Source of the DNA: the human T2T-CHM13v2.0 reference genome, Homo sapiens
Assembly: GCF_009914755.1 (NCBI RefSeq)
Contig: NC_060931.1
Reading direction: 5' to 3' (one strand)
Length of the DNA: 64,000 bases
Under the pieces are notes generated by a model, which saw nothing but the letters and a program-made list of their open reading frames with translations, made no database searches and was not told where the DNA came from. The translations under genes were made by a program, and so were the position numbers. Shown here piece after piece: positions 14,737 through 28,599 of the stretch (position 1 is its first letter; the number at the start of each line of letters is the position of its first letter).

Positions 14737-15173
14737 CAGTGGTTCTCAAGGTATAGTCTTGGAATCCCAGAGATCTCCAATATCTTTTCAGAGGGTCTAC
14801 GAGGTCAAAACTGTCTTTATAAGAATATTCAGAAGTTATTTGTCTTTTTCACACTTTTTCTCCCATTAGTATAAAGGTGAGTTTTCCAGAGGTTACATTT
14901 TATCTGATATTGCAAAAAATTGAATGCAGAAGCTGATGCAAGAAAACAGTTACCTTCTATTAAGCCAGAGGGTAAAGAGTCCAAAAGCATAAAACAATGC
15001 CACTTATTTCACTAAATTGTTTGGCTTGGAAAACAGTTATTTTACATAAAAACTTTAGTGTTAGCATGTAATGAATGTACTGCTTTTATTTAAAGTGGCT
15101 TAAACATATTTTAATTTCTAAAACAGTAAATTTTGATAGATATAACCCACATAAACAAATTTTGAGAACTGCT
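14737..15173. mobile_element. hAT-Charlie element (Charlie4a/MER80-like)
   Basis: Termini cagtggttctcaa ... tttgagaactgct. Internal gaggtcaaaact, ttgaatgcagaagctgat, ttctattaagccaga and gatagatataacccacataaacaaa match the recalled consensus. Confidence 0.75.
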
Positions 15174-15211
15174 ATCTTAGAGTGATTATTTAACAGGAAA
15201 AAATGACTAAC

Positions 15212-15278
15212 CTGAACTAGAACAAAGTAACGTTTTTTCCATCTTTTCCAAACCTTCTGTCCAAGGGCATACAGATAT
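15212..15278 (-). CDS. CADPS2: CADPS2 internal coding exon (67 nt; N-terminal part of PH domain; probably exon 9)
   Basis: Minus strand reads TTTTTCTTTCCAG|A TAT CTG TAT GCC...CTA GTT CAG|GTTAGT. The first A completes Gly (GG|A), then [22 protein letters not shown]. This is the CAPS2 version of the motif; CAPS1 has [22 protein letters not shown]. Confidence 0.97.
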
Positions 15279-16469
15279 CTGGAAAGAAAAACAAAAGCCA
15301 AAGAATACTTCAGATGAATAATGTTGTGCTTCCATGTAATCACATTTCTTCCATAGGTATTTATTTTTGAGACCAGCCTGCTAAAGGCAAAGTTTAGCTC
15401 ATTTGGAAAGTGAGACAACCTGCAGCTTCTGTGATACAAAATGAGTTAGCTTATTCTGGGTTCTCGAAAGGGAATTGATTTATGTGACTTATCAATTTGT
15501 CAGTCCTTACCACAAATTGAGCAAAGTAGGAATTAGAAAGGATAATCAAAGAACCAGTAGGAATTTTATTCTTACATGCAATTCTTAGGAGAGACAAAGG
15601 CTATTAATTGAGGACATGGTTATCAATGCTTCAGTTCTCAGATGACTGGAGCTGAGTAGTGCGCCCTGAGGAGCAGCCAGCTGCAGAGCCAAGAATCCAG
15701 GGTGAAGGGTCACTGTCCAGCTGGGTGACCCCAAAATGTGCCTGCACCAATCTCAGTCTCCATGTCCTCACCTATCAAACGAAAGGATGGATTTGCTGAT
15801 TTCTAAGGTCTCTGCTAGCTCCATCATTATGGGATTTACCTGACTTATGAAAGCATCTCACTGCAAATGTTTTAACTATAAAATTCTGATAGTAACGAAG
15901 ATGCCATTGGGTAGTTTTACATAGTTTCAACCATGGCTTTTCTTCAACTTTGCATTGACCTTAGTAAGCTGAATTGAAATGATTAGCCAATCATTTGAGA
16001 ATATTATTCTTACTGAATATACAAATGATATACTGAAATATCAGGGAGGAAAAAGAAGAAATTAAAAATTAGTGTGACCATGTTGTGGAGAGCTATTCCA
16101 AAATTATGCCACAAAATTATAAACACACTCCCTACAAAAGTGGAAAATATTGCTAGAAGTTTAAAATATGACAGAGGCCTAATTTTAAGACTAAAGAAAG
16201 ATTTTTCAATATTTTATAATCCTTTATTCTGAAATGAAGGATTAACAGTGCAGAGGCTGTTCAAACGAAATTTATATACAATTCTGAGTGATTTTTTTAA
16301 AGGAGCATTATGATTATTTATTTAGGGGCTTAAGATTTTTAGACTTTCACAACTTTTAAAACTAAAATCTTAGGCTGAATCTTTAATTTCTGTCTTATTA
16401 AAATAATCCTATTTTGCAAAACATAACAAACATACTGTTTGCCCCCCTCCCCCCTTTAGAAACAGTGAC

Positions 16470-16970
16470 ATAGGGAGTTGGCTAAGGTGTGGGGAATTAA
16501 TGCGCACTCATTCACTACTAGTGGGAGTGTAACATCTTGGGAGATGATCTTCTTGTAGGATAACATGTCAATACATCGAAATAGTCATACTCTTTCATTC
16601 CTGAATGTATTAAGGTAATAAGGAGGTGCACATAAAGGTGTATGCTGTAGGGATACATAGAACAGTGTTGTTTATATTATTGGAAACTGATAACAAATGT
16701 CCAACAGCAGTAAAATTAGTCAATACGTGCTGGCATATCCACAGAGAAATACCATGCTGCCAATGAAATTATGTTTTTGATAAAATTAATAACATAGAAA
16801 GTATCACATTGTGTAATATTACATGAAAAGAGTAGGATTCAAAACTACACACATAGTTAATGATTTGGAACTTGTAAAAGAATATGTAAAAATAATTCCA
16901 AAATATTACTAATAGTATCTTTGAGTGGTAGAGTTATGGCAGATTTAAGTTTCCTTCTTTATTCCCTGAA
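16470..16970 (+). mobile_element. Old L1 (L1ME-like) 3' fragment
   Basis: gcactcattcactactagtgggagtgtaa, caaatgtccaacagcag, gaaataccatgctgcca are L1 3'-end motifs. Confidence 0.6.
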
Positions 16971-17694
16971 AATTCACAGAAATTTTCAGAATCCAGGGGG
17001 GAGAAAAAAACATGGAGTTACTAAAAGTCAAAATAAAAACAAAGTTCTTGCATTGTAAAACATCACCCAAATGGTCCAAACCAATTATATATTTTCTTTC
17101 AGCACATCAGCTAACTGAAGTTTTTGGTGAACTTCTATTCAGCATTTATGATACCGTTAATTCATTCCATTATCTGTGCTTGTGGATGGAATGTGAATTC
17201 ATTTAATGACTGGCTGAGACATTACTGCTCTTATTCTTACCTGTTCATTGTTTTTTCTCAAGGACCCCTTAAAACCCTTTGCTCCACCTTTGCTCTAGCT
17301 TCTAATTTCTTCTCTGTGGTTCTAGTGACAGGTATTTAGTTGCTCTCTTTCTGTCTTTCTCTGCAATTTCCTGTTTTGAAATGCACATATCCAAGCTCTT
17401 ATTTCAGGGTTAACAGCAATGACCTCGGGAGCTAGATGCTGTGGACATGACAGGTGCCTTTTATGAAAGTGAACTAGCAAGATATGCACCAAATAGCTGG
17501 CTTGGAGCCACAGAGAGCATCTGGAATGACCTTTGCCTGGAACCACAGCCTGCTTCTCAGCTCTTTCCAAGTGTCTCACTTTGCAGACTGTTGGGCAACT
17601 GGGTCATATACAAGTGAAAGTAAATAGTGATACACAAACCATCAACACCACAAGCTACTCAGTGTCAGTCTTGCTGACAGTGAAGGTCCTGCAT

Positions 17695-17932
17695 AAAGAA
17701 TAATAATCAGCATTGCACATGTATATATATGTAACTAACCTGCACAATGTGCACATGTACCCTAAAACTTAAAAGTATAATAAAAAAATTAATTAAAAAA
17801 TAATAATTATATGTATTTAAGATTAATATGCTTTCTTTCACCTGACATTTGGTCAATTTTGTTAATTTCTTTATTAAAAAGTTTAAAAATATATTTGGAA
17901 AAAAAACATGCAAAAAAAGAATAATAATCAGC
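17695..17932 (+). mobile_element. Young 5'-truncated L1 (L1PA2/L1Hs-like) with 3' transduction, flanked by 17-bp TSD
   Basis: TSD AAAGAATAATAATCAGC at 17695-17711 and 17916-17932. L1 terminus gtaactaacctgcacaatgtgcacatgtaccctaaaacttaaaagtataataaa at 17712-17788. Non-L1 segment at 17801-17898 and a second A tail at 17899-17915. Confidence 0.9.
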
Positions 17933-18212
17933 TGCAACATCATCAAAATGACAGATTAACAAAATTGGATTAAAATATATGGTTTCTTTGAAGACAGAAA
18001 GCAGGGGGACAGATGGATACATACATGTTGTATTAGGGGTTAGTAGAAGATGTTATAAGGAACAGAATAAAAGAGAATTTGTGATTGGAACCAAGGTAAG
18101 CATTTAAATGATGATTTCTGGGATTAGGTATCAAGTATCCCTATCTAGCTGCTATTTCACTGGTATGAAAGCAGTTTCTTAGCATAAGAAACACATTGAA
18201 AAATGAGTGAAG

Positions 18213-18500
18213 AGCCAGATGCAGTGGCTCATGCCTGTAGTCCCAGAACTGTGGGAAGTCAAGGCAGGAGGATTGCTTGAGAACAGGAGTTCAAAATCAG
18301 CTTAGGCAACATAGCCAGACTCTGTCTGTACAAAAATAAAAATAAAAATTAGCTGGATGCAGTGGTACACACTTGTCTTTGCTACTTGGGAGGAGGCTGA
18401 GGCAGGATAATCCCTTAAGCTTAGGTTTTGGAGGCTGCACTGAGCTATGACCATGCCACTGCACTCCGGCCTGGGTGACAGAGCAAGATCCTGTCTCTTA
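18213..18500 (+). mobile_element. AluJ-like
   Basis: gcagtggctcatgcctgtagtcccag...ggaggattgcttgag...gagctatgaccatgccactgcactcc. Confidence 0.92.
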
Positions 18501-18844
18501 GAGTAAATACATGAAGAAGGAATGAAGATAAAAATGTTCATCAATATTATTTAAGAATAAACACTCAAAAACAATCTAAAAATCAAAAATTAAAAAATAA
18601 TAATTTTGCCATTAAAAGTGAGGCCAGATAAAGAATTACTAATGATATGGGAAAATTCTTATAATGTTAGGTTTTAAAAAAGCAGTCATACAAATTCATA
18701 TTATATGCATAGAGAAATATCCGGAAAAATGCAACAAAATGTTAATCTTATAGTTAATATCTGGCAAGTGAAATTAAAGATGAATTTCATATTATTCTTT
18801 ATGCCTTTCTATAATTCCACAATGTCTATATTGGCCATGTCTTC

Positions 18845-19500
18845 CTTTTATTGTTTGAGTAGTTTATTGGTATAGTTTACATAAAGTAAAATTACCTGTT
18901 TCAGGTATCTAATTTGATAAGTATTGACACAGTCATGTAACCACCACCACAATCAACTTATAGAACATTTCCACCTCCCCAAAAGTTCCCTTATGCCCTT
19001 TATGATCAATCCCCTCCTTACATCCCTAGCTCTGGCAACCCCTCATTTGATTTCTGATTTTATAATTTTTCTTTTTCCAGAACAACATATAATTGGAATT
19101 ATTCAGTATGTAGCCTTTCTGTCTGACTTCTTTCATTGAGTAGAATGCTTTGGTGATTCATCCATATTGCTGTACGTAGTTAATATCAGAAGCCCACTCC
19201 TTTCATTGCTAAGCAATATATTCCATTGTAGGGATTTGCAAGAATGTGTTTATTCACTAGTTGGTGGACATTTAAGTTGTTTTCACTTCTTTGGATATCA
19301 TAAATAAAGCTATTATGAACACTTGTGTACAAGTCTTTTTGTGTAGGCATGTCTTCATTTCTCCTGGGTAAATATCTAGGAGTGGGATTGTAGGGTCATA
19401 TTGAAAGTACATGTTTAACTTTACAAGAAACTGCCAAATTGTTTTCCAAACTGGCTATACCATTTTGAGTTACCATCAGCAAATGTATAAAGGTACATCT
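18845..19500 (-). mobile_element. L1MB-like 3' end
   Basis: catgtaaccaccaccacaatca, ggtgattcatccatattgctg, ggtggacatttaagttgtttt, gaaactgccaaattgttttccaaa. Confidence 0.8.
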
Positions 19501-22500
19501 TACTTTTGTAATCAGAGAAGGTTACCATTATTAAATATTAGGGGGATGTAGTCATTATGACTATAAATATGTATTTCTGGTACAACCAAGTTGAATATTT
19601 AGAGACCAAAGATAAAGTCCTTTATCTCATTATCTTGAGTACAGTGGAGACATCCTATAAGCTTTCATGCTTAAATGGGTTTTCTAGTTTCCAAGGTCAT
19701 TCTCAAGTTTTGGAATTTAGAGTAGTCTAAATTCCTTGTAGATGGGTAATCTTTTTACCTCAGAAGGGCTGGAATGTGGAGGGAATGAGGAAAATGGAGC
19801 GAAAATCTTTTTACTGTTTGGTAACTATCAGATAATCCATTTATTAGAAAACATCTACAAAACTAAAAAAGCATTTTCTCCTAACCCATCTTATGCTTGG
19901 CATTGCTGTTGAATTACTATTCTTTGTTGTTGTTGTTTCTTAATGTTCAGTGTTGTTATGATTTTTTTTATGGTATCTAAGGCCAAAATGATTTCTATTT
20001 CAGAAAAATATACAAAAGTTACATTTAACCTGATATTATGCTCCACTAGGCAATAGATTTTGTTCATTACATTTACAGGTTCCAGTATCTTTAATTACAG
20101 AAACATGAGTTACTCTATATAGAAAGACTGTATATATATCTATAGCCAATTTTTAAAGACTTTGCATATAAAAATCAAGTTGACCTCAAATAGTTAGAAA
20201 ATATAACTTGATCTTTAATGATTAGGAAGGATCCCATAGCATCTGAGAGTCACTGTTATAAAAATAAATTATAATAACTACATAATGCTGTAAAAGGAAA
20301 ATGCACAGCTGATAAAATTAAATGTAACCATTTATTTGACATATAATGGAAATGGCATTAATTTAACAGATCTTCAATAGCTATTAACTTGTCTTAAAAA
20401 ATTTGTTTTTTATGTTATTATCATTTGCATTCTGGACAATTGGCATTTTACTGCTTCATAAAGTATGAGTCTACCAAATAAACATATAGAAAAATATTAT
20501 CTAAGAAATGCGTGTGTCAGGCTGAAGAGAGAGTACCTCGGCTAGGTGTACTAGAGATTTGCTAGCGGGTCTATGCTGCAGCTGTATTCTCCCTCAATAT
20601 TTTGTAACCTGCTGAGTCATTACTACCTTCCTCATGATTGTGTGATTAACTCAAAGAAGTTTTTTTTTAAGGGTATGTAAATGAGACCTGCCAAATACCA
20701 GTCAAACTGGGAACACACATTTAACTGGGTTTTATGTGACAATTTATGATGTTATCCAATAAAATAAGTATCTATCACACAGCATGAGAGAAGCATTTTC
20801 TAATGAGTACTGTGAATTTTTTTCACGTGATTTTAAAGAGGAAAGCAGATTTTGTGTGTGTGTCTGAGGGCTTTTTAACATTAATTTCCACCAACCTACA
20901 GAATTTGGTTTTAAATATTTTGTTGTCATCTTTGTCAAATTCTTTTAGTTAAATCAGAAATATATGGAAAAACAAAAGAACACAAATATCATCAGTTTTC
21001 ATGGCCATGCTACATTCTCCAGTACTCTATTAGCAAATGGCCCTGGGTTGGGGCGGGGGAGGGAATCCCCAATCAAAGTTAAATTTGATCCAAGAATTAT
21101 TTGAATGGGGTTAAAAGAGGTATCCCATTGTACATGACATTTTCACAAGCACATATTTCCAAAGCTAATTTAAATATAACACTTTTTCTATTGAACTATT
21201 TCCAATGCATCACAATACTCAGGTAACTAGAGTGTTCTGGATTATTTTAAAATAACTGCCCAGATACTATTTAAAGTATTTGTTTTCATGAACACATCCA
21301 ACTTAAAGCAAGGTATTAAGCAGTTGTTCCCTTTGAACAACAACAACAACAACAATTGCCTGCTTAACTTTAAAATCTTTTCTTCTTGCATGGGATTAGG
21401 TAACAAAGAAATTAGCAGCACTGAAACAAAGCTCAGATTTAACACACAAGAGTAAAGCCTTGAAGCATTTAGTTCTATCAGTCAGTATAAACATAGCAAT
21501 AATCATAAAGTATTAATCCCTCTCTTGGGTTATTTCAAACGGAGAGCACTATTTGCTCCAAAGAAACACACAACTGATTGCTAGGAAACAAAGCACGAAG
21601 ACAACTAAATATATTCCAGTTTCATTCATCTATGACTTAAAAAAAAAATCCAGCTATCCTTAGGTCACACTGTATCATCAAATATCAGAGATATGAAGAA
21701 ACTAAACTTTCAAATTTTTGATTATATATTTAATATATGATGTAGATGTGTAGAATATATTTTATGCTGTTTGGGAAAAAAGTTAAGAGAAAACATTTTT
21801 TTAAATGGTATTTGCCTAATTGATTTTTTTTTTAAAGGAAATGGCCAGTCCTTAAGCCAAAATAGTTACTACCAACAAGGCAAATAGTATATTTTAAAAA
21901 TCTTCTATATCTGTAGTTATATATAATCATTAGCATATCTCAGTACCTACAATCTTTTTGGTGTAAACATGTCAACATGATTCTTAAAAGAGTCAACTAT
22001 TAATAAGGTAGCTGGAAGATAACACCACAATTACTTCTAAAAGCTTTCATTTGCAAACAAAAATAGTCTTTATGAAATCCATCAGAATGTTCCGTGACAG
22101 CAGGAACAAAAACTTTTCTTTAGAAAGATTTCCTGATCATTAACATATGTATTTTAGTACCAATAAAATGGTTCTTGGCAATAGATTTATTGAGTAAAAT
22201 GAAGTTTAGTAAAAATAAATTTCAAGCATTAACGCTGCAATGCTTATACGACAAAACTATTTTAAAATGCTTGTCTTTACATAGTACCCGGTTGAATGTG
22301 TGTGTTTTTTTTTTAAGTAGATTCATATGTAATATTCTGATTTCTTTTCTTTTAAGCCAAAAACATCAGAAGTAAGTTTAACCATTAAGCCATTTTCCTT
22401 TAAATACTATATATTCTTGGCTAACATTTATAATCACAAAAGTCAATGACATTTTAAGAACTCATTTTCTGATTAAAAAATTGAGATTTAACTCATCTTC

Positions 22501-24073
22501 ATATCACAATATGTTTGAACTATATCCCATATTATTCTAGTAATAGTAAAGACATAGCTAATATTCTCTATGCCAGATTTTATATAGAAAAGAGTAAAAT
22601 GAAATAAAGAACTCGCTTACCCAAACACTTTAAAAGCACTTTATCAAACCTTTCTAACTTGAAGATTGTTCAAAGAATACTTCAACACACACAAATTCTC
22701 CAAACACATTACTAAATATTGTAGTTTAGTTTCAATTAGAATGGTAGCACACAATTCTAATAGAAATGAGAATATGACAATTTATTTGCACTCAGTCCAT
22801 GCTGTGAGAGTTCATGGTTTTACTTTATGATGAAAAATCATCACTAATGAATATTTGAAAAACATAATTGTATACAGAAGATGGGAATTATTTGGTGCCT
22901 GAAAAAAAGAACTATTAATTTTGGTGGATCACTTATGAGTCTAGCGCTTTATTCAAAGAAATGCAACAATCAATTTACATGTTGAATGATAAAGCCTTTT
23001 CTTCTACAAGCCTTCATTTTTCAAGGAACAATACAGAAAGAAAAAAAAATCAATATATAGAGTAGTTTAGTCCTGGAAAGGGCTTTCATAAGAGAAACCT
23101 CAGTCAAGGTTGAAAGAGCAATTAATGCAGGCTCAAAAATCTGGGCCATTCGGATAGAGTTCGGTTAACATGTGGCAGAAGTAATCATCCACTTGTGAAA
23201 ATGATTTTCGGTTCATTCTCAAACACCTTTCAGACACTCATGATCCCATTTAACTGACAACAATACAGGCTATCTGTGGGCACCATTGCATTTGAAGTGA
23301 AAACCAATAGGGACCAAATGCCCTCAGGCACTTTCAGTCATCCCTACAAGTTCTCTGCTGCTTGCATAAAAGGAATCTTCCTTTCACTACATTCTTTCTT
23401 TTATTTGACCCCACAAGATTAAGACTTTTTTGCGGGGGGGTGAGGTGGGGGGGCTTGTTTCAACTAAGGATGAAAAAAGAAACTGATTCCAGACAACACT
23501 GGGACCTGGGCATTAAGAAACTTAGAAGTAAATACTTTCTGGTTGGTTATTATAGGCTTGAATTATTATGGGAAACAGTAAAAGAGAGGTGGGGATGCAT
23601 GGAAAGGATCTTCATCAAACAAAATTACATAACATTTGTGGAGAAATTATGACTAAAGAAAAACCAATAACTCCTATTGTTGAGCAAGAACTTAAAATTT
23701 ATGTGCTATATAAACAGGAGATTCCTAAAAGCAAATGCATAAAACATAGAGTTCTTCACTTATATTAGGTATCACATTTTATAGAATTGTCCCTCTTCCT
23801 TTTCCTGAGAAGTTCTACCTTCTGTTAGTTTCATCTCAGTTAAATCCAAGTTAAGCCTCAGCTCATATCAGCACTGTAACAGTTTAAAACAGTTTAAGAC
23901 AGTATAAAACTATACTAAAAATTTGCTTGCTATAGCAAAATCTAGAAAATGAATGAAGGCAAACTGCCCAGATAAGACCATAAAACCCCATTCCACCCTC
24001 AGATAAGACATCAAGAACTGCTGATGCAGTTCTAGCTGATCATTCTTTTTTTTCTCTTTTTGCAAAATAATTC

Positions 24074-25195
<1,122 letters not shown>

Positions 25196-26410
25196 CAATT
25201 GATCATTATTAAAGGATATATCTTAATATAGATGTCAATGCACTGTCACCTAGAAATAAAACAACTAGAAAAATAATTAATTCTATAAAATGTAGTTTTC
25301 AATAAATATAAGCCAAATAACCCAACTAAATCAAACTGTGCAGATAAATATTTTATTAAAAGACAGTTTTTCCTGATATTTTTCTTTGCTAACTGGTCAT
25401 TGGCATTCTTTTATATCTCAATTAGCAGAAAAGAAGTACCTTGATAAATATTTTTAAGTGGTTCATGATCAGTGCTGATATTTATACGACTGTATAAATA
25501 TGTTAGGTCTTTATTCCTTTTTATTTTTAAAAATCAACCAACAAATTGTATATATTTATGGTGTGCAACATGTTTTGAAATATGTGTACATTGTGAAATG
25601 GCTAAATGAAGTTAATTAATATATGCATTACCTCAATATATTCTACCACAGGAGGCATATTTCATAAAGCATGGTTTCATGTTTTTCCTCAATTTAAATA
25701 CCCTTCAAAATTTTTGTCTACACATGCTTCACTGTTTGCTAAAAGTTAAAGAAAATTAGTAGGCTTTCCAAGCTGATTATAAAATGTCTCAGAAGTAAAT
25801 AAATGGGAAAAATGTCCAAAGAATTTACTGAGTAGCCCCCTCTACCCCAACCAGGCAAACTTGCAGAGAGGTCTATTCCTCCATCCTCTAGGAAGAGGAC
25901 TGGGACTGTGAAAATCTGAATGTCTCTGGGAGTAAGCCTATGGCACATTCCAAAGAAAAGGACATTTTGCATCTCTTGGCAAAAAGTCTCTGAGGCATCT
26001 AACAATTAAAAGGAAATGATTTACTTATGCAATCCTAGACATTTTTGTGAGATACTCTATTAAGCTTTCCTTTCCCTGAAAACGTAAATAGTTTAGCAAG
26101 AAACAAAAGGTTTAGCAAAGGCTTTTATGTGTCAAACCATATCATGTTGACTAATAAAAATACATTCTCTTTTAGGGCACATTATTCCCAAGATATAACA
26201 AAATGATCAAATGTTATTTAACATTACATGTAATACAGGTAATCCTGAATTAACACAAATATGTTAGGCCTTCATTTCCTTTTTTTTGGAAATGTAGGTA
26301 TCGGTCTCCCTTTTTCATATTCAGAATTTCAAGTGAAATATGTACATAAAATGCCCATTCTATAAACTACATACACTCTAAAAAAATAATTAAGATGACA
26401 GTTTGAGATA

Positions 26411-26675
26411 CAGTGTTTTCCACAGTGTGTGTCTTGGAACATCTGGATACAAGGAGGTACTGTGAAGAAAAAGAATGGCAAATAAATGTGAGGAATACTC
26501 AGTTAAACAAAACTAAGCAAGTTCTGTATTTATTAAGGACTTCTAAGAGCCTGTAGCAGACATGTGCAAAGGTAGGGGAGAATAGTGTATGTGGTATCTC
26601 CAAAAGTGCAGAATATTTTCCATAGAATATCTGTAACAGTCATGTTCTCTAGCACATACTTTGAGAAATTAACTG
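26411..26675. mobile_element. hAT-Charlie MITE (MER103C/MER112-like)
   Basis: Termini cagtgttttccacagtgtg ... cacatactttgagaaa; internal gttaaacaaaactaagca and aggacttctaagagcc. Confidence 0.6.
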
Positions 26676-26827
26676 GACTAGATTACTGTTAATGAGTCTT
26701 TAAGCAATAAAATTATATAACTGGGTTTTTACATTGTTTGGAATTAACTAATATCCTAGTCATAATTAAAATACCATCTTCACTTCTAACATATTTTTAC
26801 TACGTATCTATAAAAATGTATGTTTGG

Positions 26828-27111
26828 GGCTGGGTGTGGTGGTTCACGCCTATAATCCCAGCACTTCGGAAGGCTGAGGTAGGCGGATTGTTGAGCCAAG
26901 GGGCTTGAGACCAGCCTGGGCAACATGGCAAAAACCCCATCTCTACAAGAAACATAAAAAAATTAGCCATGTGTCTGTGGACCCAGCTGCTCAGGAGGCT
27001 GAGGTGGGAGGAATCACCTGAGCCTAGGAGGTCCAGGCTGTGGTGAGCCATGATAGTGCCACTGGACCACAGCATGGACAACACAGTGAGACCCTGTCTC
27101 AAAAAAAAAAA
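26828..27111 (+). mobile_element. AluJ-like with internal deletion
   Basis: ggctgggtgtggtggttcacgcc...gtgagaccctgtctc followed by A tail. Confidence 0.92.
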
Positions 27112-27560
27112 ATTCTTTAAAAAGTTTTCTTTAAAATTTTGATCATAATCTCCATGGACTATACTTGGTTCCTGAAAGGCCTCTTCTTCTAGTATGTTGC
27201 TCTCTGGTCTTGGCTAATGAGGACATTTTAGCAGAGCTCTGAAATTTAGTAAACAAACTATGTCTGTCTTTAGAGTAACATCTTCCTGTAACTTATTTAC
27301 AAAGGTACCTAAATTCCTCCTAACACTCAGCATGTTTCACAGATTTCCCTTCCCAATAGCCTCTTCTACGAAAACTATGTCACTTGAACTTCAACTTTAC
27401 ACTTTGTGACCAATCTTGTCGGTAGTCAAGGAGGCTTGTGGAGTTCTGATTCAAGGCTGGAGGAACTGAGCAGTAAGATACGCTTGCTGTTAATCCAGCT
27501 CTGATATCATCCTTTGGCTTCAGTGTCTCAGTCCCTGCCCTGCTCCCTTGTGTTTAAATA

Positions 27561-27967
27561 CAGTCATACATCGCTGAATGATGGAGGCCTTCTGAAAAAT
27601 GCATCATGAGGCAATTTTGTCTTTGTGAGAAGGTAACAGAGTAGACTTACGTAAACCCAGATGGTACAGCCTACTACATACCTAGCACATACTTTGAGAA
27701 ATTAACTGGACCATACGGTTGAGTTATTAACTGGTTATTATATTATGGTTAATTGAGAAATTAACTGGGCTACATGGTACAGCCCATTTCTCCTAGGCTA
27801 TAAACCTGTACAGCTTGTGACTGTAGGAATTGTAACACAATGGCAAGTATTTGTGTTTCTAAGCATATCTAAACATAGGCTACAGTAAAAAAGGTTATAA
27901 TCTTATGGGATCACTGTCATATATGCCATCAGTCATTGACAAAATATCATTATGAGCTGTGTGCCAG
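27561..27967 (+). mobile_element. Tigger3a (MER7A)-like element interrupted by an 83-nt insertion
   Basis: TA then cagtcatacatcgctgaatgatgg...agatggtacagcctactacatacctag | insertion | gctacatggtacagccc...ttataatcttatggga. Confidence 0.85.
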
Positions 27968-28139
27968 CAGTTGTTTTGATAAGCTGCCCAATACCCCAGG
28001 CTGAGGACACAGCTTTGCTCTTGTTCTTGCTAAACTTTCTCTGATACTTTGTGCTTGAATTCTTGACGTGTTAGTTGGTCAGAGACATTTCTGCAGTTGC
28101 TCACATGGATAAACACTGTGTTGATATCCTTTGATACAC

Positions 28140-28448
28140 TTATTTATTTATTTATTTATTTATTTGAGGCAGAGTCTCACTCTGTTGCCCAGGCTGTAGT
28201 GCTATGGCATAATCTCGGCTCACTGCAACCTCCACCTCCCGGGTTCAAGTAATTCTCATGCCTCAGCCTCCTGAGTAGCTGGGATTATAGCCATGCACCA
28301 CCATGCCCAGCTAATTTTTCGTATTTTTAGTAGAGATGGGGTTTCACCATGTTGGCCAGGCTGGTCTCCAACTCCTCGCCTCAGGTGATCTGCCTGCCTC
28401 AGTCTCCCAAAGTGCTGGGAATACAGGCATGAGCCATCCCGCCTGGTC
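28140..28448 (-). mobile_element. AluS (Sx/Sz-like) with (TATT)n tail
   Basis: Full reverse Alu dimer. Confidence 0.95.
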
Positions 28449-28599
28449 TTCTTTGATATTTTTATTGTCTTCCTTTGACACGAAGAACTCCTCTGTACAA
28501 ATACTCTCTGGGTTCTCACTACTCTTCCAATTGTTCACATGTAGTGTGTTTCACCCCATTTGTCCCACACATTGTACAATTTCATCCATTTCTAACACT

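Noticed and set aside
15086-15439. 117-aa ORF as a stand-alone gene
   Set aside because: Only the 22 codons between the splice sites match CAPS2; the flanks are open intronic read-through.
22621-22898. Pseudo-exon on the minus strand (TTCTTTTTTTCAG| ... GG|GTAAGC)
   Set aside because: Such site pairs are common in long introns; AT-rich, with no coding signal or other support.
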